DNA from: Gammaproteobacteria bacterium
Lineage (GTDB): Bacteria > Pseudomonadota > Gammaproteobacteria > JAJDYQ01
Length of the DNA: 40,677 nt
Direction of reading: 5' to 3'
NCBI GenBank assembly: GCA_026196145.1
Contig: JAPHTU010000168.1
Location: 1-40,677 of the forward strand
Shown in pieces: positions 25,251 through 35,567 of the stretch (its first letter is position 1; each line of letters begins with the position of its first letter). Below the pieces are notes generated by a model. The model worked only from the letters and a program-made list of their open reading frames with translations. It made no database searches and was not told the origin of the DNA. The position numbers and the translations under genes are program-made.

Positions 25251-25318
25251 AGGTGATTCCCGGGTATATGCTGCCAACAACTGGCCAGGAAAATACCCGG
25301 GAAGATTATAAATCACCT
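25251..25318. terminator. Imperfect long inverted repeat between the convergent CYTH and PiT genes
   Basis: TTCCCGGGTAT (25257-25267) pairs with ATACCCGGGAA (25293-25303). An outer pair is formed by AGGTGATT and AATCACCT. Confidence 0.45.
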
Positions 25319-25332
25319 GTTTATTGACGGGA

Positions 25333-26976
25333 TTAAAGCATCATACCTCTGATCATAAAATAGACCGCGGCAGAAAGAATTGCAGCAATAGGTACGGTGA
25401 TTACCCATGCAGCAATAATCTTTTTAAAGGCATCTCTTTTAACATACCGCTTCCTCTGAATAGAGTCGACAATTGTTCTTTCCTGTTCCAGGATTGCTTC
25501 CTCATGTTCAGTAAGTTCATAAAGTTTACCAATTTCTTTGTAAACTTTTTTATCCTTCTTCTCTTCAGGAAGATCCAATAACTCTTGCAGATTATCTCGA
25601 TATTGCTCAAGTTTATTTTCTTCTTTCTCTAGTTTTTTCTCTTCTTCTTCAAGCTTAATGACCTCTGCATGATCCTGTAGATACTCCCTTAGGAAACCAA
25701 CACCAAAGATTCCACCAATGGCTATATGAGTGGAACTGACTGGCAGCCCTAATTGACTGGCAATAATCACCGTAATTGCTGCGGCCATAGCAATGGAAAA
25801 TGCTCTCATCTGGTCCAGTTCAGTAATTTCTGAGCCGACCGTTTTGATTAGCTTTGGACCATATAATGCGAGACCAACTACAATACCAATCGCTCCAACG
25901 GCCATCACCCAAAGCGGGATACTGGCTTTTGATGAAATACCACCGGTTGCCACAGCATCACTAATTGCCGCCAGGGGGCCAATCGCATTCGCCACGTCAT
26001 TCGCACCATGGGCAAAACTCAATAGCGCGGCAGCAAAGATTAGAGGAAGGGTAAATAAGGTATTGATACTCTGTCTGTCATTCGTTAAATTTTGTCTTCT
26101 TGCAACAGACTTATTGACAAATATATAAACTATTACGGCCAGGATAAGACCCAAAATAGCTGCAATCACAAAACTGGGTTTTTTCTCATCCGGTAAAAAT
26201 ACCAGTAAGTCGACAATATCAGGCCAGACTTTCTTTAGCCCCTTTAAGGTCAGATAAGTGGTAAATGCCCAGGTCATAATCGCCACATAAACTGGTACCC
26301 AAAATTTACCGGCAGTCACCTTATCATCTTTGAAAACCATGGTTTTCTTAATAGAAAACAGGAAAATAGCAGCAATGATGCCGCCCAGTACCGGGGATAT
26401 TACCCATGAAGCAGCGATCTTACCCATGGTGCCCCAGGAGACAATGGCAAATCCTCCCGCAGCAATACCGGCGCCCATTACCCCGCCGACAATTGCGTGA
26501 GTGGTTGAAACTGGAGCGCCGAATTTAGTTGCTACGTTTAACCACAATCCTGCAGCAAGCAATGCTGCCATCATTGCCCAGATAAAAGCATCAGAATTCC
26601 CGCCAAAGGCTCCAATATCAATAATGCCTTTTTTAATCGTACCAACCACATCACCGCCGGCAATAAAGGCACCTGAGGCCTCAAATATGCCCGCGATAAG
26701 AATCGCTCCACCCATGGTCAAAGCCTTTGAACCAACCGCAGGACCTACATTATTTGCAACATCATTTGCACCAATATTCATCGCCATATAGGCGCCAAAA
26801 AGTGCCGCAATGACTAAGAATGCATTCGTCGGTAATTCGCCCATTGAGGTGTAACTCAATACAAGCACCACGATCATGAAGACTATGACGATACCGAACT
26901 TGATAAAATCACCTTTACTGCCTGATTCTGCTGCATCCTCCATCTCTTTAAACAACTCAAATTCTTTTTCTTTCAT
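25333..26976 (-). CDS. PiT (PHO4) family inorganic phosphate/anion transporter with a charged coiled-coil insertion
   Basis: Two GANDVAN signatures, PVSTTH and PVSSTH. More AT-rich than its neighbours by eye. Confidence 0.93.
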   Translation of the reverse strand: MKEKEFELFKEMEDAAESGSKGDFIKFGIVIVFMIVVLVLSYTSMGELPTNAFLVIAALFGAYMAMNIGANDVANNVGPAVGSKALTMGGAILIAGIFEASGAFIAGGDVVGTIKKGIIDIGAFGGNSDAFIWAMMAALLAAGLWLNVATKFGAPVSTTHAIVGGVMGAGIAAGGFAIVSWGTMGKIAASWVISPVLGGIIAAIFLFSIKKTMVFKDDKVTAGKFWVPVYVAIMTWAFTTYLTLKGLKKVWPDIVDLLVFLPDEKKPSFVIAAILGLILAVIVYIFVNKSVARRQNLTNDRQSINTLFTLPLIFAAALLSFAHGANDVANAIGPLAAISDAVATGGISSKASIPLWVMAVGAIGIVVGLALYGPKLIKTVGSEITELDQMRAFSIAMAAAITVIIASQLGLPVSSTHIAIGGIFGVGFLREYLQDHAEVIKLEEEEKKLEKEENKLEQYRDNLQELLDLPEEKKDKKVYKEIGKLYELTEHEEAILEQERTIVDSIQRKRYVKRDAFKKIIAAWVITVPIAAILSAAVYFMIRGMML

Positions 26977-27252
26977 TTAATAGCTTCCTCGTTGCAGATT
27001 TAAATTACTGGCATGCGGTGAAATAGAACACACTAACCATTTTGTAAGCCTTAATGTTTAGCCTTTCTTTTAATCACTTAGAATGAATTATTCCCTTCTT
27101 GCGTAGACCATAAATAATAGACAGTTCTTTATTATTATTAATAATGGACCCTATTGTTCGTTCCATTATCAAAGAGGGCATTATGGAAGAAATCTAAAAC
27201 AAATGGTCTGACTTGGGTCAATAGAAAGCTGGCTAGTTATTACCGCTAAGGG

Positions 27253-27381
27253 GCGGAGATTGATCTGAGTACGGAATGCGAATCATTCGATCACCCGCGT
27301 GGCCGAGAGAAGAGGTTTCTGAAGACCTGCGCTACCTCAATGTCTCTGGTAACCGAACCCTTTTGTAGTTGGGATAGCGAA
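27253..27381 (+). pseudogene. Degenerate duplicate of the last 44 codons of the CYTH gene (25006-25137)
   Basis: Manual alignment gives 109/132 identical positions, 20 substitutions, and 1-bp and 2-bp deletions. Confidence 0.9.
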
Positions 27382-27426
27382 GAGCAGACGAACACCCTTC
27401 CCGCTGGTGCTTATGTTCTGTCAGGA

Positions 27427-27733
27427 TTAAAGATACTTGACTCGCTCTTGAATGCTATCCAGATTTGATGAGGCGTCCTGTATGGCTACTGCCGTCATCC
27501 GACGAGCCGACAATAACACCCTTGCCAGATACTGGAATAACGGTATCTATCTGAAAACGGCCCTTGGTACCGCGCAGAAAGCATTCCTCGTCAAAAAACA
27601 GGCGATCGCCATCGGGCCCGATTTCATCCGATGTAATTGTGTCATAACCAATGACCCTGATGAGGTCTTCCTGACCCTCAATATTAATCTCTTCAATAAA
27701 CTGTGCTTCCGGGTTGATGACCAGTGCTTTCAT
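27427..27733 (-). CDS. Small DUF3846-like protein, probably with a 1-bp frameshift near 27487 (ORF as read ends at 27455)
   Basis: MKALVINP..EEINI, LFFDEE and GKGVIVG. The shifted frame continues AIQDASSNLDSIQERVKYL*. Confidence 0.6.
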
Positions 27734-27870
27734 AGTCTATACCTGTACCTGGTTACGATTAACGCACCCTAGTATCAGTCTCGGCATATGTATATTAGGA
27801 AATATTGGTATTATTATTCTGTATTTACTATCGCTGATATATCCCGGTGTGAACAGTGACCGGACTGATA

Positions 27871-28485
27871 TCACATACCATTAGAGAACCTGTCATCGTG
27901 AATCGATGTTACCTCACGCATGGCCTTTAATGCTTTTCCGTATCCGATAAGCATGTCCAAACACCAATCAAGCCTGTCCTTATAGTAGCTGTCCGCACGT
28001 TGATCATTGCTCCCAGGCTCAGGATTAAAGACTTTTTCAACATCACGAACGATGAGTTGCTCGGGGATATAGCAGAGCCGATTGTTCTTATAGCTACTCA
28101 TGCGCAGTTCTGCGACCGGGTATGCGCCACCGGTTGCAGAGGATACCGCAATGATAAATGCAGGTTTATGGCCTAGCTCAAACCGGCTAAACATCAGAAA
28201 GAAGTTTTTTAAGCCTGCCGGAACCTGCCCATGCCATTCGGGAACAATAATGACAAAGGCATCACTTTTCGATAATTGTTCTTTCAGGGGCGCCAGCCGC
28301 GTGACCCATGTTTCATCCTGCTCCCAAATGGATTGATCCCAGAGGGGTAATGGATTGTCCGCCAATGAATAGAGAAAGGGTTCGGTGTCATCAAACTTTT
28401 CATCGAGCAAGGATTCAACATACCGGCCAATTTTTTCGCTTTGCGAAGGGTTACGGTGGCTACCGCTAATAATGGTAATATGCAT
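27871..28485 (-). CDS. NADPH-dependent FMN reductase family (SsuE/ChrR-like)
   Basis: ISGSHR..SQS, DAFVIIVPEWHGQVPAGLKN, and KPA..AVSS..GG. Confidence 0.9.
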   Translation of the reverse strand: MHITIISGSHRNPSQSEKIGRYVESLLDEKFDDTEPFLYSLADNPLPLWDQSIWEQDETWVTRLAPLKEQLSKSDAFVIIVPEWHGQVPAGLKNFFLMFSRFELGHKPAFIIAVSSATGGAYPVAELRMSSYKNNRLCYIPEQLIVRDVEKVFNPEPGSNDQRADSYYKDRLDWCLDMLIGYGKALKAMREVTSIHDDRFSNGM

Positions 28486-28862
28486 TAAAATGAAACCTTC
28501 TTAAGTGTGTTTTGACCTGTATGGCGAAATTCTTCCTGATCAATGGGTATCCATAACACAGTATCTTCCTTATAACCAGAAGTGCCATCATCATGCGTAT
28601 TAGTATCCATGGATGTATCTTTTTGTTTTGTAATTATCATCTAAACATCAATTTGACAAAACGCCATAGGTTGGAGAACCAGCTTCAGCTTCTGGTCATT
28701 GAACTCTATACCAATGGCAGCCGGGTATACAAAGCCGCCGCGCAGAGGAGAAGTCAGGATACGAAAAAAATTGGCGAAATCTTTTTCATCACTTATATAG
28801 TCTTCCTGCATTCTCTACGGCGCACCTCCTGGTATCTAGTTAATAATTAACTCGCTTGTTAA

Positions 28863-30128
28863 TCAACCAAATATTCCCTTCAGAGTAAAGAAGAAGAATG
28901 CAGCCAGAACACCACCAACCGGTAGCGTAACAATCCATGAGATGATGATCTTACCAATAACCCGTAAATCCAGTGCACCGACACCACGCGCCAAACCAAC
29001 ACCCATGACCGCTCCAACCGCGATATGGGTTGTGGATACCGGAAGGCCTGTCTTGGATGCGATAACAACAGTCGTTGCGGCAGCGAGCGTTGCGCAATAA
29101 GCACGGGTTGGCGTCAAGGTGGTAATTTTGGTACCGATGGTTTCCATGACCTTGTAACCCATGGTCGCCAAACCGACAACAATACCGGTACCACCAAGAA
29201 CCAGAATCCAGAGTGGCAAGCCTGCCTTTTGTGTGACTTCACCCCCGCTACCGACGATTGAGACCACAGCGGCCAGGGGGCCAATACCGTTGGCCACGTC
29301 ATTGGAACCGTGCGCAAAAGCCATTGCGCAGGCCGTGAAGATCATCAGTGGTGTGAACGCCTTCTCAACGCTGGCGTAATGGAAGTCACGATCAGCTGCC
29401 TCATCTACCTTAACCTTGTTAATCATCGCACGGCCGATTACGGCGACAATGACACCAAAGATCGTGGCAACGACGAAACTCATCGGAACCGAGAGGTCGA
29501 CCTTGAGATGTTTCAGGCCCTTGAACAGGGTGACAAGAGAAACAATAAAACCAACCAGGAAGACATAGAATGGTCCCCATTTCCTTGCCTGCAAGAATGG
29601 GTGCTCGGTATTGAGGATAAGTTTTCGTACACTCAGCATGAGTATCAGTGCAATCGTACCGCCTATGAGGGGTGAAACCAGCCAACTGGCCACAATACCG
29701 CCGATCTTGCCCCAGTTGACCGCATCAATGCCGATGCCCGCCATCGCGAAACCGACAATTGCACCAACAATGGTGTGGGTGGTGGAAACTGGCCAGCCCT
29801 TGGTGGAGGCAACCATCAACCAGATAGCGGCTGCAAGCAGTGCCGCCAGCATCCCGTAAACCAGGATCTCCGGTGACCCGGTAATAGAACTTGGGTCAAT
29901 AATACCTTTACGGATGGTCTTGGTGACCTGTCCACCGGCGATAAAGGCACCGGCAAACTCAAAGATTGCGGCAATGATAATGGCCTGTTTGACCGTAATG
30001 GCGCCCGAACCTACTGACGTCCCCATCGCGTTGGCAACATCATTCGCGCCAATGCCCCAGGTCATGTAAAGACCGAAAACAACGGCTAGTGCAATAAAAA
30101 TGTAACCATAGCTTGATATGATTTCCAC
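28863..30128 (-). CDS. PiT (PHO4) family inorganic phosphate transporter
   Basis: GANDVANAMGTSVGSG, PVSTTH twice, and HGSNDVAN. GTG start at 30128 preceded by GAGGAG. Confidence 0.95.
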   Translation of the reverse strand: MEIISSYGYIFIALAVVFGLYMTWGIGANDVANAMGTSVGSGAITVKQAIIIAAIFEFAGAFIAGGQVTKTIRKGIIDPSSITGSPEILVYGMLAALLAAAIWLMVASTKGWPVSTTHTIVGAIVGFAMAGIGIDAVNWGKIGGIVASWLVSPLIGGTIALILMLSVRKLILNTEHPFLQARKWGPFYVFLVGFIVSLVTLFKGLKHLKVDLSVPMSFVVATIFGVIVAVIGRAMINKVKVDEAADRDFHYASVEKAFTPLMIFTACAMAFAHGSNDVANGIGPLAAVVSIVGSGGEVTQKAGLPLWILVLGGTGIVVGLATMGYKVMETIGTKITTLTPTRAYCATLAAATTVVIASKTGLPVSTTHIAVGAVMGVGLARGVGALDLRVIGKIIISWIVTLPVGGVLAAFFFFTLKGIFG

Positions 30129-30248
30129 TGTGAACTCCTCACTTTTTTGATGTACACGCTTTCGTAACGGGAATGCGTGTACGGTTATGTCAAATTTCCA
30201 GGTGCGGGGAACAACCCCTGGCCGGTTCATCCGGTCAGGGTTCTCTCC

Positions 30249-30929
30249 TTAACGTGCGAGCAACAGACGCATCCGGTCGCCAACTTTCTCGGCATAGTCG
30301 GCGAGATCGCCGATCCACTGGACCATCTGATACCAGAACATGACCGATACCGCGCTCATGTCATCCTCTTTTGAAAACAGGGTGCGGGTAAGCGCCATGC
30401 CCATCTCGTCTGTTTCATCCTCGATCAAGTTCAGCTCCTCGACCATCTCCTGCACCTTTTCGGCCTCATAACCGCGGAAGCCCATTTCGACCAGTTCATC
30501 CAGTTCCTCTATGATGCTTGCCGAGCATTTACAGGTATCCACACAGCGGTTCACCAGCGCCAACAGCGGCTCTGCCATGTCTTCGGGCACTGACATTTTT
30601 CTTTCTACGAGCAGGCCGGCTATATCCTGGGCTGTGTCGGCAATACTGTCCTGCATACCGAGGACTTCAAGTAGATCGCGGCGATCGACCGGCATGAACA
30701 GGCTCTTGGGCAAATGGACCCTGAGGTTATTCTTTATTTCATCTGCCTCATGTTCCTTGGCAAAAATACGCTCCTTGTGCTCGGCGACACTGTCCTGATT
30801 GTCCGCAATAAGCGCCTCGAATAATCCGGGGACTTCTGCAACACATTCAGAAACCACCCTCATGTGTTCCTGAAGCGGTTTGAACGGGGAATGCCCCATC
30901 AAGGCGGCAAGTGGATTCGTTGTTTTCAT
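30249..30929 (-). CDS. DUF47/TIGR00153 PhoU-like phosphate transport regulator
   Basis: SPFKPLQEH, EHEADEIK, FMPVDRRD, QDSIAD and IGDLADYAE, directly upstream of a PiT gene. Confidence 0.92.
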   Translation of the reverse strand: MKTTNPLAALMGHSPFKPLQEHMRVVSECVAEVPGLFEALIADNQDSVAEHKERIFAKEHEADEIKNNLRVHLPKSLFMPVDRRDLLEVLGMQDSIADTAQDIAGLLVERKMSVPEDMAEPLLALVNRCVDTCKCSASIIEELDELVEMGFRGYEAEKVQEMVEELNLIEDETDEMGMALTRTLFSKEDDMSAVSVMFWYQMVQWIGDLADYAEKVGDRMRLLLAR

Positions 30930-31157
30930 TAGGCTCTCCATCTTTCAAATCAGAAGCAACTTCGACAAATAAACGCCAAGCACATCCTGCTAAGTATGGA
31001 TATTATTACTCGCAGGACAAGTATTAAGTGTGGAAAAGCTAATCCAGGTCAATATTCGATGGAAAATTATACCCAGCTCCCCATTGATCGCCAGGCGGCG
31101 ATTGCGGTCAGCCGCTTGATGACTTTATATGCCGTATCTCACCACGATTATCACCCC

Positions 31158-31430
31158 TCAGGATGAAACACTGAGGCGCTTTTTACTGCCCTTTTTTTTG
31201 CTTTCTTCCTGCCAGCTGATTCTTATGTTGACGCGCTGGCGGTTATCTTCCTGGCTGGCAGTGAGCTTGAGCTCAAGCAGACCATCGGGCTTCATCACAA
31301 TCTTGTCGTCTTCATCGCTGAAGACCAGTTTGCCTTTCTCGATTCCCTCTGTAACTGCTTCCAGAATTTTTCTGATCGATTTCGTGTCCTGCAGTGAATC
31401 GTGTCTGAAGCTGTTTTTACTCTGTCTCAT
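31158..31430 (-). CDS. Amphi-Trp domain protein (GAK-system associated)
   Basis: 90 aa with an amphipathic helix (SIRKILEAVTEGIEKG), beta strands, the conserved ISW near the end, and a basic tail. Confidence 0.8.
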   Translation of the reverse strand: MRQSKNSFRHDSLQDTKSIRKILEAVTEGIEKGKLVFSDEDDKIVMKPDGLLELKLTASQEDNRQRVNIRISWQEESKKKGSKKRLSVSS

Positions 31431-31472
31431 GTCACTTCCCGTTGTGAGGTTGCGGTGTGTTAGCCTTATTGG

Positions 31473-32441
31473 TTATTTGCTGTATTGCTTCTCGAGCGCA
31501 AGAATCATTGGGCCGAGTTCATCCTGCCTGACCAGGCTGGCGGCCTGTACAGCCGAGGTCCACTGCCGCGTGCGGTGGCTTTCTTCCCATTCATTTTCCG
31601 GGATGACATGACTGACCTCCAGTGTATAGACATCAACTACACAGGTCGCACCCCATTTATCATATCGATATTGACCGATAGCCTCCGCATTGACCGTTCC
31701 CTTCACACCGGCCTCCTCTTTTGCCTCATGGGCAGCCGACTCCTGCGCTGTCAGTCCAGGCTCATGGATGCCTTTTGGTACAACCCAGTGCTTTTTCTTG
31801 CTGGATCTAACAATCAGAATTTCTACCTTTCCATCACGTACGCGGTAGGGAATCACGGAGGACTGGTTGTAATAGTAGGCAGGACGGTCCCGGTATTCCT
31901 GAGCCTCCATCAACGGCCAGGGGAATTTTTTCGGCAGTGTGCGCGGGCGTATAAGCCTGATCAGCTTTGCACTTCCCTGCTTCAGGTTTGACCAGTCTTC
32001 ATCTGTTTGCAGTATAGCCAGGGTAGCGGTTGGTAATAACTTGCCATCTTCCTCCGGTGCGGCCTCGCCATTCGTCAGCGTGATCAGAAACTCCTCCATA
32101 CCGGGATTGTGTCCCACCAGCATGACGCGCTCCAGCTGGTCCGGTATTTCCCTGATTACATCAAATAAATCATCAACATCAGCGAGATAGATACGTTTAT
32201 CCTTCACGATAAGTGCCGACCCTTCTCCCATGGCCTTGCAGGATTTCTCGGCCGTTACCAGCGCGCGCTCTGCAGGCGAACTGATAACTTGCTGCGGCAC
32301 CATATCATGGGTGGCCAGCCATACCCCCATGCGCTGCGCACCGCGTTTGCCCCGATCGGTTAGCGGCCGGTCAAAATCATCGGCATCCACATCCCAGTCG
32401 GATTTTCCATGTCGAAGTAACAGCAGTTCACGAGTCACCAT
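31473..32441 (-). CDS. Fusion of a SixA-type phosphohistidine phosphatase and a NUDIX hydrolase
   Basis: LLRHGKS, RPLT.RG, SSPA.RA and VGHNPG, followed by WVVPKG..E..AAHEAKEEAG. ATG 32441 preceded by GGAGG. Confidence 0.9.
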   Translation of the reverse strand: MVTRELLLLRHGKSDWDVDADDFDRPLTDRGKRGAQRMGVWLATHDMVPQQVISSPAERALVTAEKSCKAMGEGSALIVKDKRIYLADVDDLFDVIREIPDQLERVMLVGHNPGMEEFLITLTNGEAAPEEDGKLLPTATLAILQTDEDWSNLKQGSAKLIRLIRPRTLPKKFPWPLMEAQEYRDRPAYYYNQSSVIPYRVRDGKVEILIVRSSKKKHWVVPKGIHEPGLTAQESAAHEAKEEAGVKGTVNAEAIGQYRYDKWGATCVVDVYTLEVSHVIPENEWEESHRTRQWTSAVQAASLVRQDELGPMILALEKQYSK

Positions 32442-32609
32442 TCTTCCTCCCGCTAAATACAATGTGACCTTTGCATGGAAGATAACCAGTAAAGGTCTGT
32501 CAATAAATACGTCATTCCCGAGCGCTTTCATCGGGAATCTAGCAAACTTTATCCTCTGGATCCCTGATAAAACCTTCGGGGATGACCGTAGAATTATCGT
32601 GCAAAAGGC

Positions 32610-33698
32610 TCACAGCAAATGGCCAAGTTGATTTTCCGCTTCTGCAAAATCAATTCGCCCGGTTACCTCGTAGATTGTTACACCATGCAACGCGTCCAGG
32701 TAGGACTGTTCATCAAACTCTGCGGTATCACTATGAAAACTGCCGTCTGTGTACTGATAAAACGGCCCCGGCGATTTCATCAGTGCCGCCAGCAGTTCAC
32801 GCCGTTGCCCGATATCCACCGACGTTACCTGCGTTGGCTGTGCCGAGTCACGCTGCCAGTTCAGGATGACAAAGGCCTTCAGATCGGCCTCGGTGGAAAC
32901 CCGCTGTGGTCCGTAGACCTGCTCGACGTGCACATCGTATTTCTCCTCCAGTACCCATAGTTCTTGCGCTGGAAAACGTAGCAGCTCCTCACGACGCTCA
33001 CTTGAAATCAGACCATGTAACCTCGGATTATGTACGATGGTACCCGGGTTGATACGTGGTAATTTCGGAATACCGCGCGCCAGCACACCGCCATTATCTC
33101 GACGAATAAACAGGCGATCATTGGTGAGGTAATTCACATGATTGTTTTCAAGCAGGTTTAACATCAGGGTCGACTTGCCACCACCGGAAAGTCCGGCCAT
33201 ACCCACGCCGTGGCCGTTAATCTCCAGACCGGAGGCATGGCAAATCAACCAGCCGTTATGCTGCAACCAGTTCATGTACTGGGAATTGATATAGTTAATC
33301 ACCTGATTGTCATACTGCAGACACGGGCCCGCGGCGATCAGTGCAGTCTCACTTTGCAGGAACAACATGCCGGTACGCACCTTGAGCACAACACGCGCCC
33401 CGGGGATATCAAAATAGGCATCCTTGCGGCCCGTCTTGCCCGGCTCACGCGCCCAGTCGATAAAATCCAGCTTCGAATCCACGACCTCACGCTCAATGGC
33501 GAGGATCTCAATATCCGGTTCAGCGCTACCGGGCTTCACATGTGCAAAATATGCCGCCAATTGCTCGATTACCGGCAACTGGTTGGAGCGTATGCGCATC
33601 GTATAACCGCCGAGGTCGAGATCCAGTGACTCATCAAGCACAACGGCATCACCCATAAGTATGTGAATCAAGGAATTCAGATCTATTTCTTCATGCAT
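32610..33698 (-). CDS. HprK-related kinase B (GAK system)
   Basis: CHASG, Walker A GLSGGGKST, NDRL, PKLPRINPGT and LMKSPGPFY. Confidence 0.85.
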   Translation of the reverse strand: MHEEIDLNSLIHILMGDAVVLDESLDLDLGGYTMRIRSNQLPVIEQLAAYFAHVKPGSAEPDIEILAIEREVVDSKLDFIDWAREPGKTGRKDAYFDIPGARVVLKVRTGMLFLQSETALIAAGPCLQYDNQVINYINSQYMNWLQHNGWLICHASGLEINGHGVGMAGLSGGGKSTLMLNLLENNHVNYLTNDRLFIRRDNGGVLARGIPKLPRINPGTIVHNPRLHGLISSERREELLRFPAQELWVLEEKYDVHVEQVYGPQRVSTEADLKAFVILNWQRDSAQPTQVTSVDIGQRRELLAALMKSPGPFYQYTDGSFHSDTAEFDEQSYLDALHGVTIYEVTGRIDFAEAENQLGHLL

Positions 33699-33733
33699 AT
33701 GATGTTCCCGCTATTTATTACCTGTTATTCGAC

Positions 33734-34297
33734 TTAATCCGTCAGCAGACTGGTGCGAATATCATGAATCAATGGTTGAGCCTGTTCCAGTTGTCGCACC
33801 CGCTTCCATAGCAGGTCTGGTGTGTGCATATAGATATCCAGCAGCCGCTCCCCTTCTACCCAGACCAGTTCCCGGCGTTTCTTGAAGCGTCCACTGGTAT
33901 CGGATTCCCACTCACTGTTCAGTGCCGAGATGTCACGCCAGGGGAATTCAATAAAGTAGGTTCGCCAGTCTTTGGGCTTTTCCGGGTTATCCGTCTGCCT
34001 GCGACGCCACCAGTGCGGGTGCGCAGTCAGTGTCTGCTCAAATAATTCATCAACGTCCTTGATCTGCTGCCTTATTCGCTCCTCTGATCGACGCGCGACT
34101 TTCAGGTCATCGGCGAGATACATGGTTTCAGTCTCCTCGACAAACTCCCTTACCGCCGTCGAGCGATAGTCTTCACCATCCCCGAGCCCGCCACCGAAGT
34201 CGATCAAATGGCCAACCTTTCTACCGGTGAAAGTCTTCTGGAAAAGAAACAGAACTTCACCTTGGTAAACTGTAAGCGGGATAACACCTGCTCCCAT
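33734..34297 (-). CDS. NUDIX hydrolase
   Basis: GAGVIP and Nudix box FGGGLGDGEDYRSTAVREFVEET. Confidence 0.88.
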   Translation of the reverse strand: MGAGVIPLTVYQGEVLFLFQKTFTGRKVGHLIDFGGGLGDGEDYRSTAVREFVEETETMYLADDLKVARRSEERIRQQIKDVDELFEQTLTAHPHWWRRRQTDNPEKPKDWRTYFIEFPWRDISALNSEWESDTSGRFKKRRELVWVEGERLLDIYMHTPDLLWKRVRQLEQAQPLIHDIRTSLLTD

Positions 34298-34418
34298 GAA
34301 CGGATTCCTGCTGCAAATATTTTTTCTATCTTCATAATAGCACCTTCCCTGTGCAAGTTCGTGCCGACTACACTAAAGCAGGTTAACAGGGAAATCACTT
34401 GTGAATCAGGAGATGCAA

Positions 34419-35567
34419 ATGCAAGTCAGGCTAATGAGCTGGAATATGGCCGGTGCCAAGCTGTTCGATCAGCTTGACCCGGAACCGGCGCCTGCTGCAG
34501 GCAGATACATACAGGCATTCCACAAGGCGTGGAACGACAGTATTGTTCCCTGGCTGGCAACACCGGATAAAGATGCACCTGATATTATCCTGCTACAGGA
34601 ATGCATCGGCTTCGAGGATCACTCCAGCTCTCCCTCCGGGCGCTGGCAAAGCGGTAACGAGATACTCAGTAAAATTTTTTCCGGGTATCAGTGCTTCTTT
34701 TTTCCTGCCGTGACCTCACACGATAATCCGCATCCCGGCAAGTGGAGCCGCTATACCAATGGTAATGCCGTGGCGAACCCTGTGCCCACAGCGGTTGATA
34801 TACAACAGGGTTATGGAATCTGTGTACGCGAGGGAATCATCAGCGCCAAACTATGGACACCCTGGCCAGATCCACAGGATGCACCGCCTGATGCCGATCA
34901 GGCTAACGGCGAATGCACATCATGTTTCGAGGTCATCCCTGTTTCTACCGGACTGTATCTGGGTGATCGCGATACCGAACCCCGTATGGTCATTATGGGG
35001 CGCGCGAAATTAGAGTTAGATGGCGAATATCGCTACCTGAACTACCTGAATGTGCACCTGAATACATTCAAGGATGAGCGCGAGGGTAATGAGCAGCTCG
35101 ACCAACGTGCCAGTATTTCCCGACAGCAACAGGTCGGACTGATACTCGAGAATATTGTCTCGGCATACCAGCAATCAACACATTATCGTATGCATAGCCA
35201 CGCCGACGATAACAAGTCTGATATCTGGATTATTGCCGGTGACTTTAATTGCACGCCGGATTCAGCCGAAATTGCGGCAATACTAAACGCAGGCTTTGTT
35301 GACGCTATCAATGACAAACACATCGAAGATGCCGATCCTGCTCATACCCTTCAGGACAGGGTCGGCACAAAATGGTCCATCAATGATGACGAATGCCCAC
35401 CTGTTGTACTGGATCATATCTTCTGCGGGCTGGAACAGCCTACCCTGACAAGCGATACACTTGAAACAAGTGCATCAAAGCGTCCGTTCAGACCATGCTT
35501 TGATGACAAGGCGTATGAGACTGATCATGCGGTGTTATTTGCCAAGATCAGATTGCCGGGATCATAA
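34419..35567 (+). CDS. Endonuclease/exonuclease/phosphatase (EEP) family protein
   Basis: SWNM, DIILLQE, NVHL, AGDFN, LDHIF and TDH. ATG 34419 follows AGGAG (ORF from 34401). Confidence 0.85.
   Translation: MQVRLMSWNMAGAKLFDQLDPEPAPAAGRYIQAFHKAWNDSIVPWLATPDKDAPDIILLQECIGFEDHSSSPSGRWQSGNEILSKIFSGYQCFFFPAVTSHDNPHPGKWSRYTNGNAVANPVPTAVDIQQGYGICVREGIISAKLWTPWPDPQDAPPDADQANGECTSCFEVIPVSTGLYLGDRDTEPRMVIMGRAKLELDGEYRYLNYLNVHLNTFKDEREGNEQLDQRASISRQQQVGLILENIVSAYQQSTHYRMHSHADDNKSDIWIIAGDFNCTPDSAEIAAILNAGFVDAINDKHIEDADPAHTLQDRVGTKWSINDDECPPVVLDHIFCGLEQPTLTSDTLETSASKRPFRPCFDDKAYETDHAVLFAKIRLPGS

Noticed and set aside
28593-28850. 85-aa plus-strand ORF and a weak inverted repeat at ~28735-28822
   Set aside because: No motif or clear RBS, and the pairing is too imperfect to call.
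31129-31611. 160-aa Leu/Ser-rich plus-strand ORF
   Set aside because: Antisense to the amphi-Trp and SixA-NUDIX genes, which have family motifs and fit the operon.
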